Shown: one piece after another, positions 31,263 to 41,388 of the stretch
Layout of the letters: every line of letters begins with the position of its first letter
Position numbering within the stretch: the first letter of the stretch is position 1
Origin: Candidatus Bathyarchaeota archaeon
Lineage (GTDB): Archaea; Thermoproteota; Bathyarchaeia; 40CM-2-53-6
Length of the DNA: 64,000 nt
Assembly: GCA_963833125.1 (NCBI GenBank)
Contig: CAWHWX010000019.1
Location: 1 to 64,000 of the forward strand
Direction of reading: 5' to 3'
The notes under the pieces: model-generated
Database searches by the model: none
What the model saw: the letters and a program-made list of their open reading frames with translations, nothing else
What the model was told of the DNA's origin: nothing
Position numbers and translations under genes: made by a program

Positions 31263-31702
31263 AATGTCGTTTCTACCTTCTTGACCTGAGCGAAGGAGAA
31301 TGGGAAAAGAAACCCTGCGTTCGGCTTTGGGGCGTGGACGAACACGGACAGAGGGTCATGGTAATTGCAACGCAGATCTTACCATACTTCTACTTTCTAC
31401 CGAGAATTGGAATTGACCTAGATTCAATTCGTGACAGGTTGCTCGACAAGAAGAGCCGGTTTGCGGAAATCGTTGAGGTTGCGAGGGAATTGATTTCCCA
31501 GGGATGGCGTATTACACTCGGAGATAAGGTGGCCTATGTAATAGTGAAGGGGCCCGGTAAATTATTCCAGAAAGCTAAACCCTACAACCAAGTAAAGCCA
31601 GAAGAAGTGGACATAGAGTACTATCTGGAAAATCAAGTCAAGCCTGCTGCGATGCGGATCCTGGAGCGGTTCGGAGTCAAGGAAGAGCAGCTGCTGGCCT
31701 AG
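31259..31702 (+). pseudogene. Internally deleted family-B DNA polymerase (N-terminus fused in frame to C-terminal thumb)
   Basis: FYLLD..VRLWG..PYFY joined at IVEVAR to GDKVAYVIVKG...DIEYYLENQVKPAAMRIL. Confidence 0.8.
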
Positions 31703-32886
31703 ACAGTCGGAGGGCCAGCGACCTCTGGAAGGGTCATGATCTTAATTGAGGTTGGCCTTCGAGTCAGCTCAGCTATCCGATCCCCAACCACTACCTTCAC
31801 TCCACGCTCCTCAGCGAGGTCAAGAAGCCTCTGAGTAACTACGCCGTCAAAGACGATTGTATCCACCCCTTGATAGTCCCCAAGCTTCCCTGCGAGTTCA
31901 CTGACGGGCAACCGCGCAACCTCATGCGCAGTTCGCAGTCGAGAAGCATGCCCTCAAGTGTCCCCCTAAGTTCACGGGCCTTGTTTACTAAATCGGGTGA
32001 AAGCTGAACGGGGGGCGGCCGTGGGGCTTGGACCTGAACTGGTTCAGGCCTAGACATTGGCCTGCCGACCTCGATGGGCACCTTTTCACGGAGGCACTTC
32101 ATGATCTCCTTTGGAACTAGGTCTTCTACCTCTTTGCCCAAGGGCGCGCGAGCAACGTAGTCAACGGGGGCTACTTGCATTAGTTCCTTGAGAATTAGAT
32201 CGCCTCCTCTGTCTCCGTCAAGGAATGCTGTTGTCTCCTTGTTCTTGCTTAGTTCGATTATGGTCTTAGGAATCTTGGTCCCTTCTATCGCAACCGCGTT
32301 TCTAATTCCGCATCTCAGCAAGTTCACTATGTCCGCGCGACCTTCCACGAATATTACCGAAGCACTCGTGGCGACGTCAGGGCCCGCAGGGAGATGATCA
32401 GGTCCGTATTCGGCGACGTCGGATGAGCGAATTACGCCGGAGACATCCTTCACCATCTCATCGGTGCTGGGCGATTCCTCCACCACCCAGGTCCTCAGGA
32501 TGTCTTTGGCCTTGTCGAGGATTTGCTTTCGTTTGTCCTCTCTTATGTCAGCCACTTTTTCCAGAGTGACCTTGGCTAGGCATGGGCCGATTCGGTCAAC
32601 GCTCTGGACGGCGGCTGCTATGATTGCCGTCGAGGTCTTGTCCAAGCTCGACGGAATCGTGATTACTCCGAACGTCTTGTCCTGTTTAGAGTCTAATTGA
32701 ATTTCTATGCGTCCGATTCGACCGGATTTTTGAAGCTCGCAGTAGGTCCAGGTCCGGCCCAAACAATCCTTCCGTTTGACCGAAGATGGCGCCTATCACG
32801 TCAGGCTTTTCTACTACGCCCTCCACTTCGAAGCGGGCAACAATCATATACTTTGTCGTAGCTGCATATTGAGAATTTGATCCCAA
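31699..32886 (-). CDS. dnaG: Archaeal DnaG (exosome-associated primase-like protein), two frameshifts
   Basis: [40 protein letters not shown]. Confidence 0.95.
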
Positions 32887-33062
32887 TTAGGAATGAACCT
32901 CCTATTTTGCTCACGTTTGCATGATTTCGATACATGAGCATTCGACAAAGTACTTCAGAAGTTCCCAATATAAACTGTGTGCACTCAAATGATTCCAAAT
33001 CGAGACTAAGGAAACATCTTATTCTCACCTTGGTCCTCATCCAGGACCAGAGAGTCAAAATC

Positions 33063-34061
33063 ATGGCAAGAATCGGCATAAACGGGTTCGGCAGAATCGG
33101 CCGCTGTTTTTTCAGGGCCGCAACCGAAGCTGGCGTTGAAGTTGTCGCGGCAAACGATATAATGGATCCAAAGACCACCACGCACCTCCTGAAGTACGAC
33201 TCCGTCTTCGGAAAGTTCCAAAAAACCCTCACAGCACAGCCTGACGGATTCAAAGTTGATGGGAGGGAGGTCAAAATCCTCTCTGTGAAAGACCCCGGTG
33301 AGATCCCTTGGTCGAAGCACGGCGTAGACATCGTTGTCGAATCAACAGGACTATTTACCAACCGCGAAGCAGCGGCTAAACACATGAAAGGGGGAGCAAA
33401 GAAGGTCCTGATTTCTGCTCCTGCCAAGAGCCCCGACATTACTATCGTTCCAGGTGTGAACTTGGACAAATATGACTCGAAGAAACATGATGTCGTATCG
33501 TTGGCGTCTTGCACTACCAACTGCGTAACGCCCGTCGTCAAAGTTCTACATGATTCTTGTACCATCAAACACGGTTTCATGACGACTGCTCACGCATACA
33601 CTAGTGATCAACGCCTCCAAGACTCCCCGCACAGCGATCTTCGGAGGGCGAGAGCTGCTGCGCTCTCGATAATACCCACCTCTACTGGCGCAGCAATTGC
33701 AACTACCGAAGTAATCCCTGAACTGAAGGGAAAGGTGGACGGAGTCGCGCTGCGTGTCCCCGTCCCAGACGGTTCGATTGTCGATTTTGTGGCCGAAGTC
33801 GAACGTGACGTAACCGTTGACTATGTGAACAAAGCTTTCCAGACGGCTGCAAACGGGTCAATGCAGGCGATTCTCGAATACTCCGATGAACCCCTAGTCT
33901 CATCGGACATCGTAGGTAATCCACATTCCGCCGTATTCGACTCCCTCTCTACTATGGTGCTTGATAACAGGCTAGTCAAGGTATTCGCTTGGTATGACAA
34001 CGAGTGGGGATACTCAAACAGGTTAGTCGACATGGTTCGAACAATGGCTAAGTCTCTCTAA
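33063..34061 (+). CDS. gap: Class I (bacterial-type) glyceraldehyde-3-phosphate dehydrogenase
   Basis: INGFGRIGR, ASCTTNC, WYDNEWGYS. Confidence 0.96.
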   Translation: MARIGINGFGRIGRCFFRAATEAGVEVVAANDIMDPKTTTHLLKYDSVFGKFQKTLTAQPDGFKVDGREVKILSVKDPGEIPWSKHGVDIVVESTGLFTNREAAAKHMKGGAKKVLISAPAKSPDITIVPGVNLDKYDSKKHDVVSLASCTTNCVTPVVKVLHDSCTIKHGFMTTAHAYTSDQRLQDSPHSDLRRARAAALSIIPTSTGAAIATTEVIPELKGKVDGVALRVPVPDGSIVDFVAEVERDVTVDYVNKAFQTAANGSMQAILEYSDEPLVSSDIVGNPHSAVFDSLSTMVLDNRLVKVFAWYDNEWGYSNRLVDMVRTMAKSL

Positions 34062-34072
34062 CGACGCCTCAC

Positions 34073-34519
34073 CTACGAGTGTCGTCTCAGTTCTGGACCC
34101 GAGCGACGGTGGAATTGGACTTCAGCCTGGAGCCTTTCGTAAAGTCTCGGCAATTCCTCAATGCTTCTGAGTTCTGATCGAGTAAGGCCACGAAGTTCGC
34201 GCCACAACATTAGGTTTGCATGAATCTTTTGTGAGCTGAGGATGCGAGATAATCTGTTCGCTAAGAAGACTCCTTGGCGATCAAAGTCAGTCAAAACTAC
34301 TACGCGGTTCTCCCCGTAAAGTTGCTCGGCAAATCCGAGGGTGTTCTTCCGGCTGCTTTGTAGGCACAGAATCCTCCCCTCGATGCCCATCAGCCGAAGA
34401 GATTCTTTATCGCGAGGTCCCTCCACTACAATGATCGTGCCCCTCTCGGCTTCTTCCTGTACTCTTTCAATGAGTTTCTGAAGTCGTTCGAACCTAACTT
34501 CTGTTGGGGCACGCATCAC
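34073..34519 (-). CDS. Small TOPRIM-domain protein
   Basis: VVEGPRD and LTDFDRQG. Confidence 0.85.
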   Translation of the reverse strand: MMRAPTEVRFERLQKLIERVQEEAERGTIIVVEGPRDKESLRLMGIEGRILCLQSSRKNTLGFAEQLYGENRVVVLTDFDRQGVFLANRLSRILSSQKIHANLMLWRELRGLTRSELRSIEELPRLYERLQAEVQFHRRSGPELRRHS

Positions 34520-34525
34520 GTAATG

Positions 34526-35614
34526 TTACCTTGTTATTTCCATTTGTTCCATTTTTCGTAACAGTTCCGTGTGATCGTTGAACTCTTGTCTGACCGGTTC
34601 TAGGATCTTGATGAGGCCTTCAGCAACCGCGTTCTTGAGGTCCAGTGGATGAATTTTGCCCAGCCGGTACTCCTCTTCCAACTCTTTAGAATTAGCAAAA
34701 GAGAGTGGGCCACCGTATTTGCTCGGCCTGTCAACCATTACTGAGCCCGTCCAGGGGAAAATCACGTAACGGGTGATTTCGATGACTGGGTTGTTTTCAA
34801 CGTCTTTCTCAGGGCAGTAAGCAGAACGAACTTTCTTTCTGATAACGTCCGGCTCGTCGTGGACGATTACGCCACTTCCAGCAACGCTCTTTGACATTTT
34901 GGAGGTGATTTGGGCGTTGAGTTGCTTATCTTCGTCGAAGTTTGTTGTATCCATTCTCTTCATGCCCGCGAGGCCGGGTAGGAGGTGTGTGTGCAGGCTA
35001 GTTGGTTTATTCCATCCAAGCTTTTCACCGACATCCCTTGCCAGCGCGTGCGCCTTTCTCTGATCCATACCTGCGCAAGCAACATCTAACTTCATCTCGA
35101 AAATGTCCGCAACTTGCATGCAAGGGTAGAAGGCTGACGCAGCTTCTAGATCGGTAGCGTTCATTCCTCTGCCCATGATCGGGAGAGCTCGCCATATCCG
35201 GTTCACGCTCACCGACTTTCCAACCCTAATCACTCGTTCCCAGTACTCTTGCTTGGAGGTGAGCTCCGAGGCCCACAGGTACGTGGCTTTTGATGGTGGG
35301 ATGCCGAGGGCAGTGAAGCATTGCTTCAGATATTCCCCGCAGGTTTTGATGTTCTCCATACTGCCTCCGAGTTTGTTGTTAATCCATGAATGCCAGTCGG
35401 CTAGGAATACTATGTAGTCGAATCCGGCTTCGATCATGTCAATGATCTTTCTGCCACACACTAGGCCCATGCCAATGTGCATCATGCCGCTGGCTTCGAA
35501 CCCCCAGTATGCACGCGGTCGGGTCTTAGTCTCCAAGAGCGTTTTCATTTCTTCGCGCGTGATGACTTCTTCCGCGTTCCGGGTAACCAACTCGAGCCTT
35601 GATTCCGTATCCAC
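34526..35614 (-). CDS. tyrS: Tyrosine--tRNA ligase
   Basis: YWGFEASGMMHIG, GMDQRKAH, KMSKS, HPLDLK. Confidence 0.96.
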   Translation of the reverse strand: MDTESRLELVTRNAEEVITREEMKTLLETKTRPRAYWGFEASGMMHIGMGLVCGRKIIDMIEAGFDYIVFLADWHSWINNKLGGSMENIKTCGEYLKQCFTALGIPPSKATYLWASELTSKQEYWERVIRVGKSVSVNRIWRALPIMGRGMNATDLEAASAFYPCMQVADIFEMKLDVACAGMDQRKAHALARDVGEKLGWNKPTSLHTHLLPGLAGMKRMDTTNFDEDKQLNAQITSKMSKSVAGSGVIVHDEPDVIRKKVRSAYCPEKDVENNPVIEITRYVIFPWTGSVMVDRPSKYGGPLSFANSKELEEEYRLGKIHPLDLKNAVAEGLIKILEPVRQEFNDHTELLRKMEQMEITR

Positions 35615-35644
35615 TTTTCATTCTTCCTAGGAAAGGTACGCTTG

Positions 35645-35820
35645 TGTGAGCCTTCCTGTTTGCTTGTGTACTGATATTAGTTCGCTTGAGCGGATTCGCC
35701 GCAGGACTGAAATTTCGGACAAGCCGACTTTTCAGTCCTTGTCGCCCACGACACTAACACGCAAACTTCACTGGAGGGCTTCGCCCCACTCAGTTGGCTC
35801 TCTCGGAGGTGGGCAGGCTC
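35645..35820 (-). ncRNA. Candidate structured RNA in the pheT-tyrS spacer
   Basis: Nested helices with G-U pairs that form only on the minus strand (see findings). Confidence 0.5.
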
Positions 35821-37544
35821 TGGTGCCGCCGAGCGCTACTCAGTCGCAGCCTATACAAGCGGTCAATTTCAAGTTCCATGGCAGCTACGGGGTTCTGGAG
35901 TTTCCAGTTCTCGATGACTTGAGGGTGTACCTCTCCTATTATGCCAACCTCCTCGTCTCCGATATGAATGCTCCCGATTCTTCCCTCCAAGAAACTCGGG
36001 TGCTCGATCTGTGTAACTGTGAATTCCAACCCTAGATTTGTCATGAGGGGCTCGAGGTATGATTTCATCTCTGTGAAGTTAGCCTTTGAGTGTGCTGAGA
36101 CACAGACGATTTCTCGTATGTCCTTCGTTCGTGTCGGAAGCGTGGCGTCCCAGTCGACGTAGTCGCCTACCTCAAACAGTTTTTGTGGGTATTCGACGTG
36201 TGTGTTGTTCGATAGGAAGTCCATTAGGCTAGGCAGTAGCCAGGAGCGAAGGCAAGTTAAGGTTGTTACTTTCGGGTTCGCGATCTCCACGGCCATGCCA
36301 GGCTGTCGGTTCATCTTCTCAAACAGTTTCTCCGGACTCGTCATCATGAAGCTTAGCACTTCCTGAAAGCCAAGCCCTACAGCAAGCTCCCTGACGGTGT
36401 CTGAGAATTCTTCGAGCGGGGATAGGCCACCTATGGTGACATCAGATGGCCATCTAGGTTCGATCCTGTTAATTCCATAGGCAATCGCAATGTCCTCGAT
36501 CACGTCCACCGGATGCAGGATGTCAAGTCGATAACAGGGCACTCGAACATTCAAGCTCTTACCTGACCCCGCATTCACGTCGAATCTTGCTCGTCGAAGC
36601 AGCTTCACAATTTCCGTTCGGCCCAAATCCAACCCAATAATGCTCTTCACTTCCTCCTGAGGCAATCTAACATGTCGCTCGCTGAAATCAGGCGTAGTCA
36701 CGTGGCGAGTCTTGCCATAGGGATAATGTACAACAGCCGAGTTGATTTCGGCTCCACGGTCGGCAAGGCATGTTGTCAGGATGGTTAGGGCGCTCGATAC
36801 AGTTTCCTCGGATGTTCCAGTGATCTCGACAAGAATGTTCCTTGTATCTGGTGTTATTCGGCCGAGGTCGTTAGAGTTGATGATGGGTGGGAATGAGAGC
36901 ACTTTGTTCTTCGCTTCTAGAATTATGGGAACCTTAGGATACTGCTTGACTATTCCTCCGTACTCTATCCCTTTGGGATGCTGCTCTAGGATTTCGCGGA
37001 GTGAGAGAGGATGATCCCATTCAAGAGGAACGAACTTCACGTCGTCGAGTCCCACTGCGCCGTACCGGAGTGGTGGCGTGATTAGATCGAAGTCATAGAA
37101 ACCGATTGATGATCTCTTGCGGTTTCTACCGTACGTTTTGTCGAGTTTCTCTTGGATTTGTACGAGTCCGCGAATGATCGCATCGTTGATCTTGATGTTT
37201 CGGGCTACTGCGCAGCAGATGAACGGCCTTATCTTAGCAAGCTCCTTTTCCACAGAGATTTCAACTGCAGTTTTCCTGGCGGAGTATTTCTTGATCCCAA
37301 CCTCTAATCCCTGGTAGCCTCTCAATGCTCGGGCTATCCCTTCTGAGCTCCATGTGTCCGGCCGGTTGGTATCCTTGTTCTCCAACTGAAGTTCGGAATC
37401 ATCGGAGACTTGCTCAGTTTCGCTTGAGCCTGAGAGCTCGCATTTGACAGAGTAAAGTAATTCGTCCAGTTGACTTCGTTTCCGGGGGAGTTTCTGGCCA
37501 TAGAGTTGTTCTAGGTCATCTAGTCTTGTGAGAATTGTTACCAT
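35790..37544 (-). CDS. pheT: Phenylalanine--tRNA ligase beta subunit
   Basis: NRPD, SFPPIINS, RLDILHPVDVIEDIAIAYG. Confidence 0.96.
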   Translation of the reverse strand: MVTILTRLDDLEQLYGQKLPRKRSQLDELLYSVKCELSGSSETEQVSDDSELQLENKDTNRPDTWSSEGIARALRGYQGLEVGIKKYSARKTAVEISVEKELAKIRPFICCAVARNIKINDAIIRGLVQIQEKLDKTYGRNRKRSSIGFYDFDLITPPLRYGAVGLDDVKFVPLEWDHPLSLREILEQHPKGIEYGGIVKQYPKVPIILEAKNKVLSFPPIINSNDLGRITPDTRNILVEITGTSEETVSSALTILTTCLADRGAEINSAVVHYPYGKTRHVTTPDFSERHVRLPQEEVKSIIGLDLGRTEIVKLLRRARFDVNAGSGKSLNVRVPCYRLDILHPVDVIEDIAIAYGINRIEPRWPSDVTIGGLSPLEEFSDTVRELAVGLGFQEVLSFMMTSPEKLFEKMNRQPGMAVEIANPKVTTLTCLRSWLLPSLMDFLSNNTHVEYPQKLFEVGDYVDWDATLPTRTKDIREIVCVSAHSKANFTEMKSYLEPLMTNLGLEFTVTQIEHPSFLEGRIGSIHIGDEEVGIIGEVHPQVIENWKLQNPVAAMELEIDRLYRLRLSSARRHQSLPTSERAN

Positions 37545-37545
37545 T

Positions 37546-39063
37546 TCATGGCACCTTCTGCTTTCGGAGCCAGTCGAGGTCTTGGGCGAATAGCAGGCGT
37601 ATGTCTTCGATTCCCTCCCGCATCATATACAGCCTGTCGGCTCCTATACCCCAAGCGAGTACTGGGACGTTAATGCCCAATGGCCGAGTGACTTCTGGTC
37701 GAAAGATTCCAGATCCACCGAACTCAAGCCATCCGTAGCCTTTCTTGTATGCCTGCAGTTCTATGCTGGGTTCGGTGAAGGGGAAGTAGTCGGGCCTGAA
37801 CCTAACCTTCTCGGCCCCAGCGATGTCGATCGCGAAGCGTTCGAGCACCCCAAGGAGGTCTCTGAGCGTGAGCCCAGCACCTACGACGATTCCTTCCACC
37901 TGGTTGAACTCTGTAAGGTGTGTCCGGTCCACTTGATCTGGCCTAAAGCACCTGGCCACGGAGAAGTATTTTCCGGGTATTTTCAATTCTTTACTTACTA
38001 GTGTGCGCACGCTCTCGGCGGTGCCTTGGCTTCTGAGAATGAGTTTCAGAGCTTCCTCTCGAGAGTAGGAATATCGCCACCCGGTTGAGCCTGTTTTCCA
38101 GCCGTTTTCGTGTGTCTTCGCGACTGGTTCCATGAACGCGGCGTCGTCAGCCAACTCGCCTTTTTGATCGGTTTTGATGAAGTATATGTCGTGGATTTCT
38201 CGTGCTGGATGATCTTGGGGCATGAAGAGTGCGTCGCAATTGAAGAACATGAGTTCAACTGTGGGCCCAATCATTTCCTTGAAGCCCAGGTTGACTAGTT
38301 TCTTTTTCAGATCGTCAAGGAACCGCCGATATGGCTGCCTCTTCCCTGGCCAAGATGGGGTTACGGGAGCGGCGATGTTGTACTTTCTGAATGTGACCTT
38401 CTTCCATTGTTGTGACGTGAGTAGATCGGGTGTAAGGTCGCTCACTTCCATCGGAACATCGACGCCTTCCTCGACCGCCCTCCAGCCCTGTGGAGAGAGC
38501 TCGATGTAACGCTTTGTGCGTTTTCTGGTTTCCAGAAGTTTACGTCGCTTGAGTGTTTCAACCTCTTTTCTTAAATTGGAAGGCAATTCTTCTAGTGACA
38601 TTTCAGTTTTCGCGGATAGGGCATCAAGCAGGCTTTCGGCATCGGTCTTATCCGGAATTCCTCTAGCGCGAAGTACAACCTTCTGGAGTTCGGAAGTAAC
38701 TTCGCACCACCTCGCCACCTTAATCCATCCCAGAGCGACGGACGCCATGGCTGGTTGAATTCCGGCGCGTCTTGAGGCCTGTTCAAGTGTAGCCTCGCCT
38801 CCTAACTCCAGCACTGCTTGGACGAGTCTCCGTTCGGGTAAGCCGAGTTTGGCATATTCTGCCCCTTCAGCAGTAAGTTTGAGTAGGATTTGTTCAGCCT
38901 CACGAACGTGTACGAGCTGCTTTTCCTGCAGCATTGAGAGAGCTCGAGTTGCCGCAGCACTTTCCTGGTGAGAGCTCATCACTAATTCTTCGAAGGAGCA
39001 ATTGCCTCCTGAGGACTGCAGAGCTTTCAGCACTGCCGCCTCGTTTTCACGCAGCTGAATCAA
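37546..39063 (-). CDS. pheS: Phenylalanine--tRNA ligase alpha subunit
   Basis: PQDHPAREIHD, THLTEFNQVEG, YFPFTEPS. Confidence 0.96.
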   Translation of the reverse strand: MIQLRENEAAVLKALQSSGGNCSFEELVMSSHQESAAATRALSMLQEKQLVHVREAEQILLKLTAEGAEYAKLGLPERRLVQAVLELGGEATLEQASRRAGIQPAMASVALGWIKVARWCEVTSELQKVVLRARGIPDKTDAESLLDALSAKTEMSLEELPSNLRKEVETLKRRKLLETRKRTKRYIELSPQGWRAVEEGVDVPMEVSDLTPDLLTSQQWKKVTFRKYNIAAPVTPSWPGKRQPYRRFLDDLKKKLVNLGFKEMIGPTVELMFFNCDALFMPQDHPAREIHDIYFIKTDQKGELADDAAFMEPVAKTHENGWKTGSTGWRYSYSREEALKLILRSQGTAESVRTLVSKELKIPGKYFSVARCFRPDQVDRTHLTEFNQVEGIVVGAGLTLRDLLGVLERFAIDIAGAEKVRFRPDYFPFTEPSIELQAYKKGYGWLEFGGSGIFRPEVTRPLGINVPVLAWGIGADRLYMMREGIEDIRLLFAQDLDWLRKQKVP

Positions 39064-39241
39064 GAAAGGTCCCCCTTTCGGGATATTGCATCCGAGTGGG
39101 GTTGTACTTATCACTGATATGCTATAGGCCGCGATTTGGGATAGGCCGTTGCCTGAAAAGGTAGTCGCCTGCAATCATGGCTTCGACCTTGATGTTTGCT
39201 GGTAGCTTCGTGGGTGTATATTAGACTGCCTAGATTTTCTT

Positions 39242-40387
39242 CTAGACGTCCTTTGGATTGAACAGGTATTCCTCGAACCTATCCTTCGCTTTCTCGCGCT
39301 TCTCTTGATGCTCTACAAGGAATTTCTTCACACGGGGCGCTAGGGTTTGCTTGCATTCCCCGCACATGATATTTCCAGCTAGGCAATTGTATCGTAGATC
39401 CTCGATTTCCTTCTGATCCATGAAGAGGAAGTAGTCGTATGCGAAAACCGAGCAGATATCGGGATTCGCTCCTAGTCGACGTTGTTCCTCAATAGTGCTT
39501 CTCCCCCCAGTGAACGCTCCCATAATCTTCTTTTCTGCTACTTCGGGCGAATCTACGGTGAAGATCGATGTTTCCGGCTCGGATGCAGACATCTTGCCGC
39601 CCCTTCCTAGCCCAGGCATGAATCTGCAGTGGATTTGAGCTGGTTTATAGTAGCCTAGCTTTGGTGCGACATCGCGGGTTACTCGCCAGTATGGGTCTTG
39701 GTCTATTGCGGCGGGGATTAAGCAAGGGACATTTTTCCCGGTCAAGTAGGACTCGAGGAATGCGGGCACTGCTTGAATGGCGGGGTAAAAGAGCATGCCA
39801 ATGTTTGTGCTGTCCTGGAAGCCGAAAACTGCGCGGACCGTTGAGTAAGTCATGCGTTTGGCGATCTGGATTGCTAGGTGGTATAGGGAATCGATGTTCT
39901 TCGTATCCATGATGATCTTCGTTTTTTTGGGATCAAATCCCAGTGCGATGATGTCTAGTGAATTTTCGTAGGCCCATTTCTGGGGGTCCTCAATCGAGAA
40001 TTCGTCGTGGTAAAGGAATTTTTCGTCATCGGTCATTTGAAAGTACAATTTAGCGCCGAATTTGTCTTGCAGATACTTCGTGAAGATCCATGGAGCGAGA
40101 TGGCCAATGTGAACGGGCCCAGATGGACCTCTACCCGTGTAGAGGACGAACTTTTCGCCCGCCTCATATCGTTGAAGAATCCAATCCATGTCTCGATGCG
40201 AAAAGAATATGCGCCGTTCCAGTTGAGGGTGTAGTGTCCCTGTGAATTTCTTGATCCGGTCGAGTAATTCCGGCGTTAGAGGTTGTGTTCCGAAATCTCT
40301 GATGAGCTTGTCGTAATCGATTTTGCCTCGTACTTCCCAGGGCGTTACGACCATTTCTTCGTTGTTGGTTGACAAGATTTGATTCAC
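39242..40387 (-). CDS. trpS: Tryptophan--tRNA ligase
   Basis: VTPWEV, YTGRGPS..HIGH, IDQDPY, KMSAS. Confidence 0.97.
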   Translation of the reverse strand: MNQILSTNNEEMVVTPWEVRGKIDYDKLIRDFGTQPLTPELLDRIKKFTGTLHPQLERRIFFSHRDMDWILQRYEAGEKFVLYTGRGPSGPVHIGHLAPWIFTKYLQDKFGAKLYFQMTDDEKFLYHDEFSIEDPQKWAYENSLDIIALGFDPKKTKIIMDTKNIDSLYHLAIQIAKRMTYSTVRAVFGFQDSTNIGMLFYPAIQAVPAFLESYLTGKNVPCLIPAAIDQDPYWRVTRDVAPKLGYYKPAQIHCRFMPGLGRGGKMSASEPETSIFTVDSPEVAEKKIMGAFTGGRSTIEEQRRLGANPDICSVFAYDYFLFMDQKEIEDLRYNCLAGNIMCGECKQTLAPRVKKFLVEHQEKREKAKDRFEEYLFNPKDV

Positions 40388-40494
40388 CGACTTGGGGGAT
40401 GGTTCCCAAGTGTTTTCTTGAGATTCATACTGGCTCTGAATCCTAAATAGATGGCTAGAGAAATGGTCGTTGTCTAAAGAAGGTTTAGCCCAAT

Positions 40495-41388
40495 TTGAGT
40501 CAAGAGCTGGAGAAATTCGTTGAATCAGGAAAGATTCTCGCCCGAGTTCGGGGTTATGTCAAGGGGATGGAGGTTCGGGGGAGAAGAGTTTTGGATGTTT
40601 GCGAGGAAGTTGAGGGAAAGATTAGAGAGTTTGGTGGTAGACCAGCTTTTCCGTGCAACGTTGGAATCAATGAGGTTGCCGCACATTATACCAGTCCCTG
40701 GGACGACGTAAGTGTTGTTCCTGACGGTTCTATTGTCAAGGTTGACTTCGGGGTCGAGCTAGACGGCTTCGCGACTGACACTGCGATTCCCATCTCGCTT
40801 AACCCCGCTTACGATTCCATGATCATTGCAGCAGAAGCCGCGTTGCAAGAAGCTGTGTCAGCCGTAGCGCCTGGCCGCAAGCTCTCGGATGTTGGCGGAG
40901 TAGTAGAACGTTGCATCGAACGATATGGCTTCAAGCCGATTAGGAATCTTACTGGACATAAAATAGACCGTTACAACTTGCACGCAGGTAAGTCTGTTCC
41001 GAATGTGTCGGGAATTGAGAGCGGACGATTTGAAGTTGGAGAGGTTTACGCAGTGGAGCCCTTCGTAACCCTTCGAAGTGCTGAGGGAGCGGTAACGGAT
41101 GGCGACGCAGCATACATTTACAGACTTGTCAAAACAAAAGGCGCCAAGTCGAAGGAAGCCATTCAACTTGCTGATTATGTTAAGCAGACGTACAAGACTC
41201 TGCCCTTCGCCTCTCGTTGGATTCACAATTCATGGCGTCAAGGCGAATTCGCTGCCTTCGGAGAGTTGGTTTCTCAGCGATGCGTTGTGGGGTACCCCGT
41301 CCTCGTGGAGGCGAGTGGTCAGCCAATCGCCCAAGCAGAACATACTATCGTAGTTACAGAAGGCGGCTGCAGAATTCTGACGGGTTAA
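40495..41388 (+). CDS. map: Type II methionine aminopeptidase
   Basis: AFP..N..AAHY, KVDFG...DTA, NLTGH, EPF, EHT. Confidence 0.95.
   Translation: MSQELEKFVESGKILARVRGYVKGMEVRGRRVLDVCEEVEGKIREFGGRPAFPCNVGINEVAAHYTSPWDDVSVVPDGSIVKVDFGVELDGFATDTAIPISLNPAYDSMIIAAEAALQEAVSAVAPGRKLSDVGGVVERCIERYGFKPIRNLTGHKIDRYNLHAGKSVPNVSGIESGRFEVGEVYAVEPFVTLRSAEGAVTDGDAAYIYRLVKTKGAKSKEAIQLADYVKQTYKTLPFASRWIHNSWRQGEFAAFGELVSQRCVVGYPVLVEASGQPIAQAEHTIVVTEGGCRILTG

Noticed and set aside
32801-33580. Long antisense ORFs (e.g. 32801..33580, 2262..2774, 62713..63402)
   Set aside because: They are shadow ORFs opposite well-supported genes.
35645-35820. RNase P RNA or hammerhead ribozyme in the pheT-tyrS spacer
   Set aside because: The GAGGAAnnUC / ACAnAAnnnnGCUUA P4 motifs and the CUGAnGA..GAAA core are not present.
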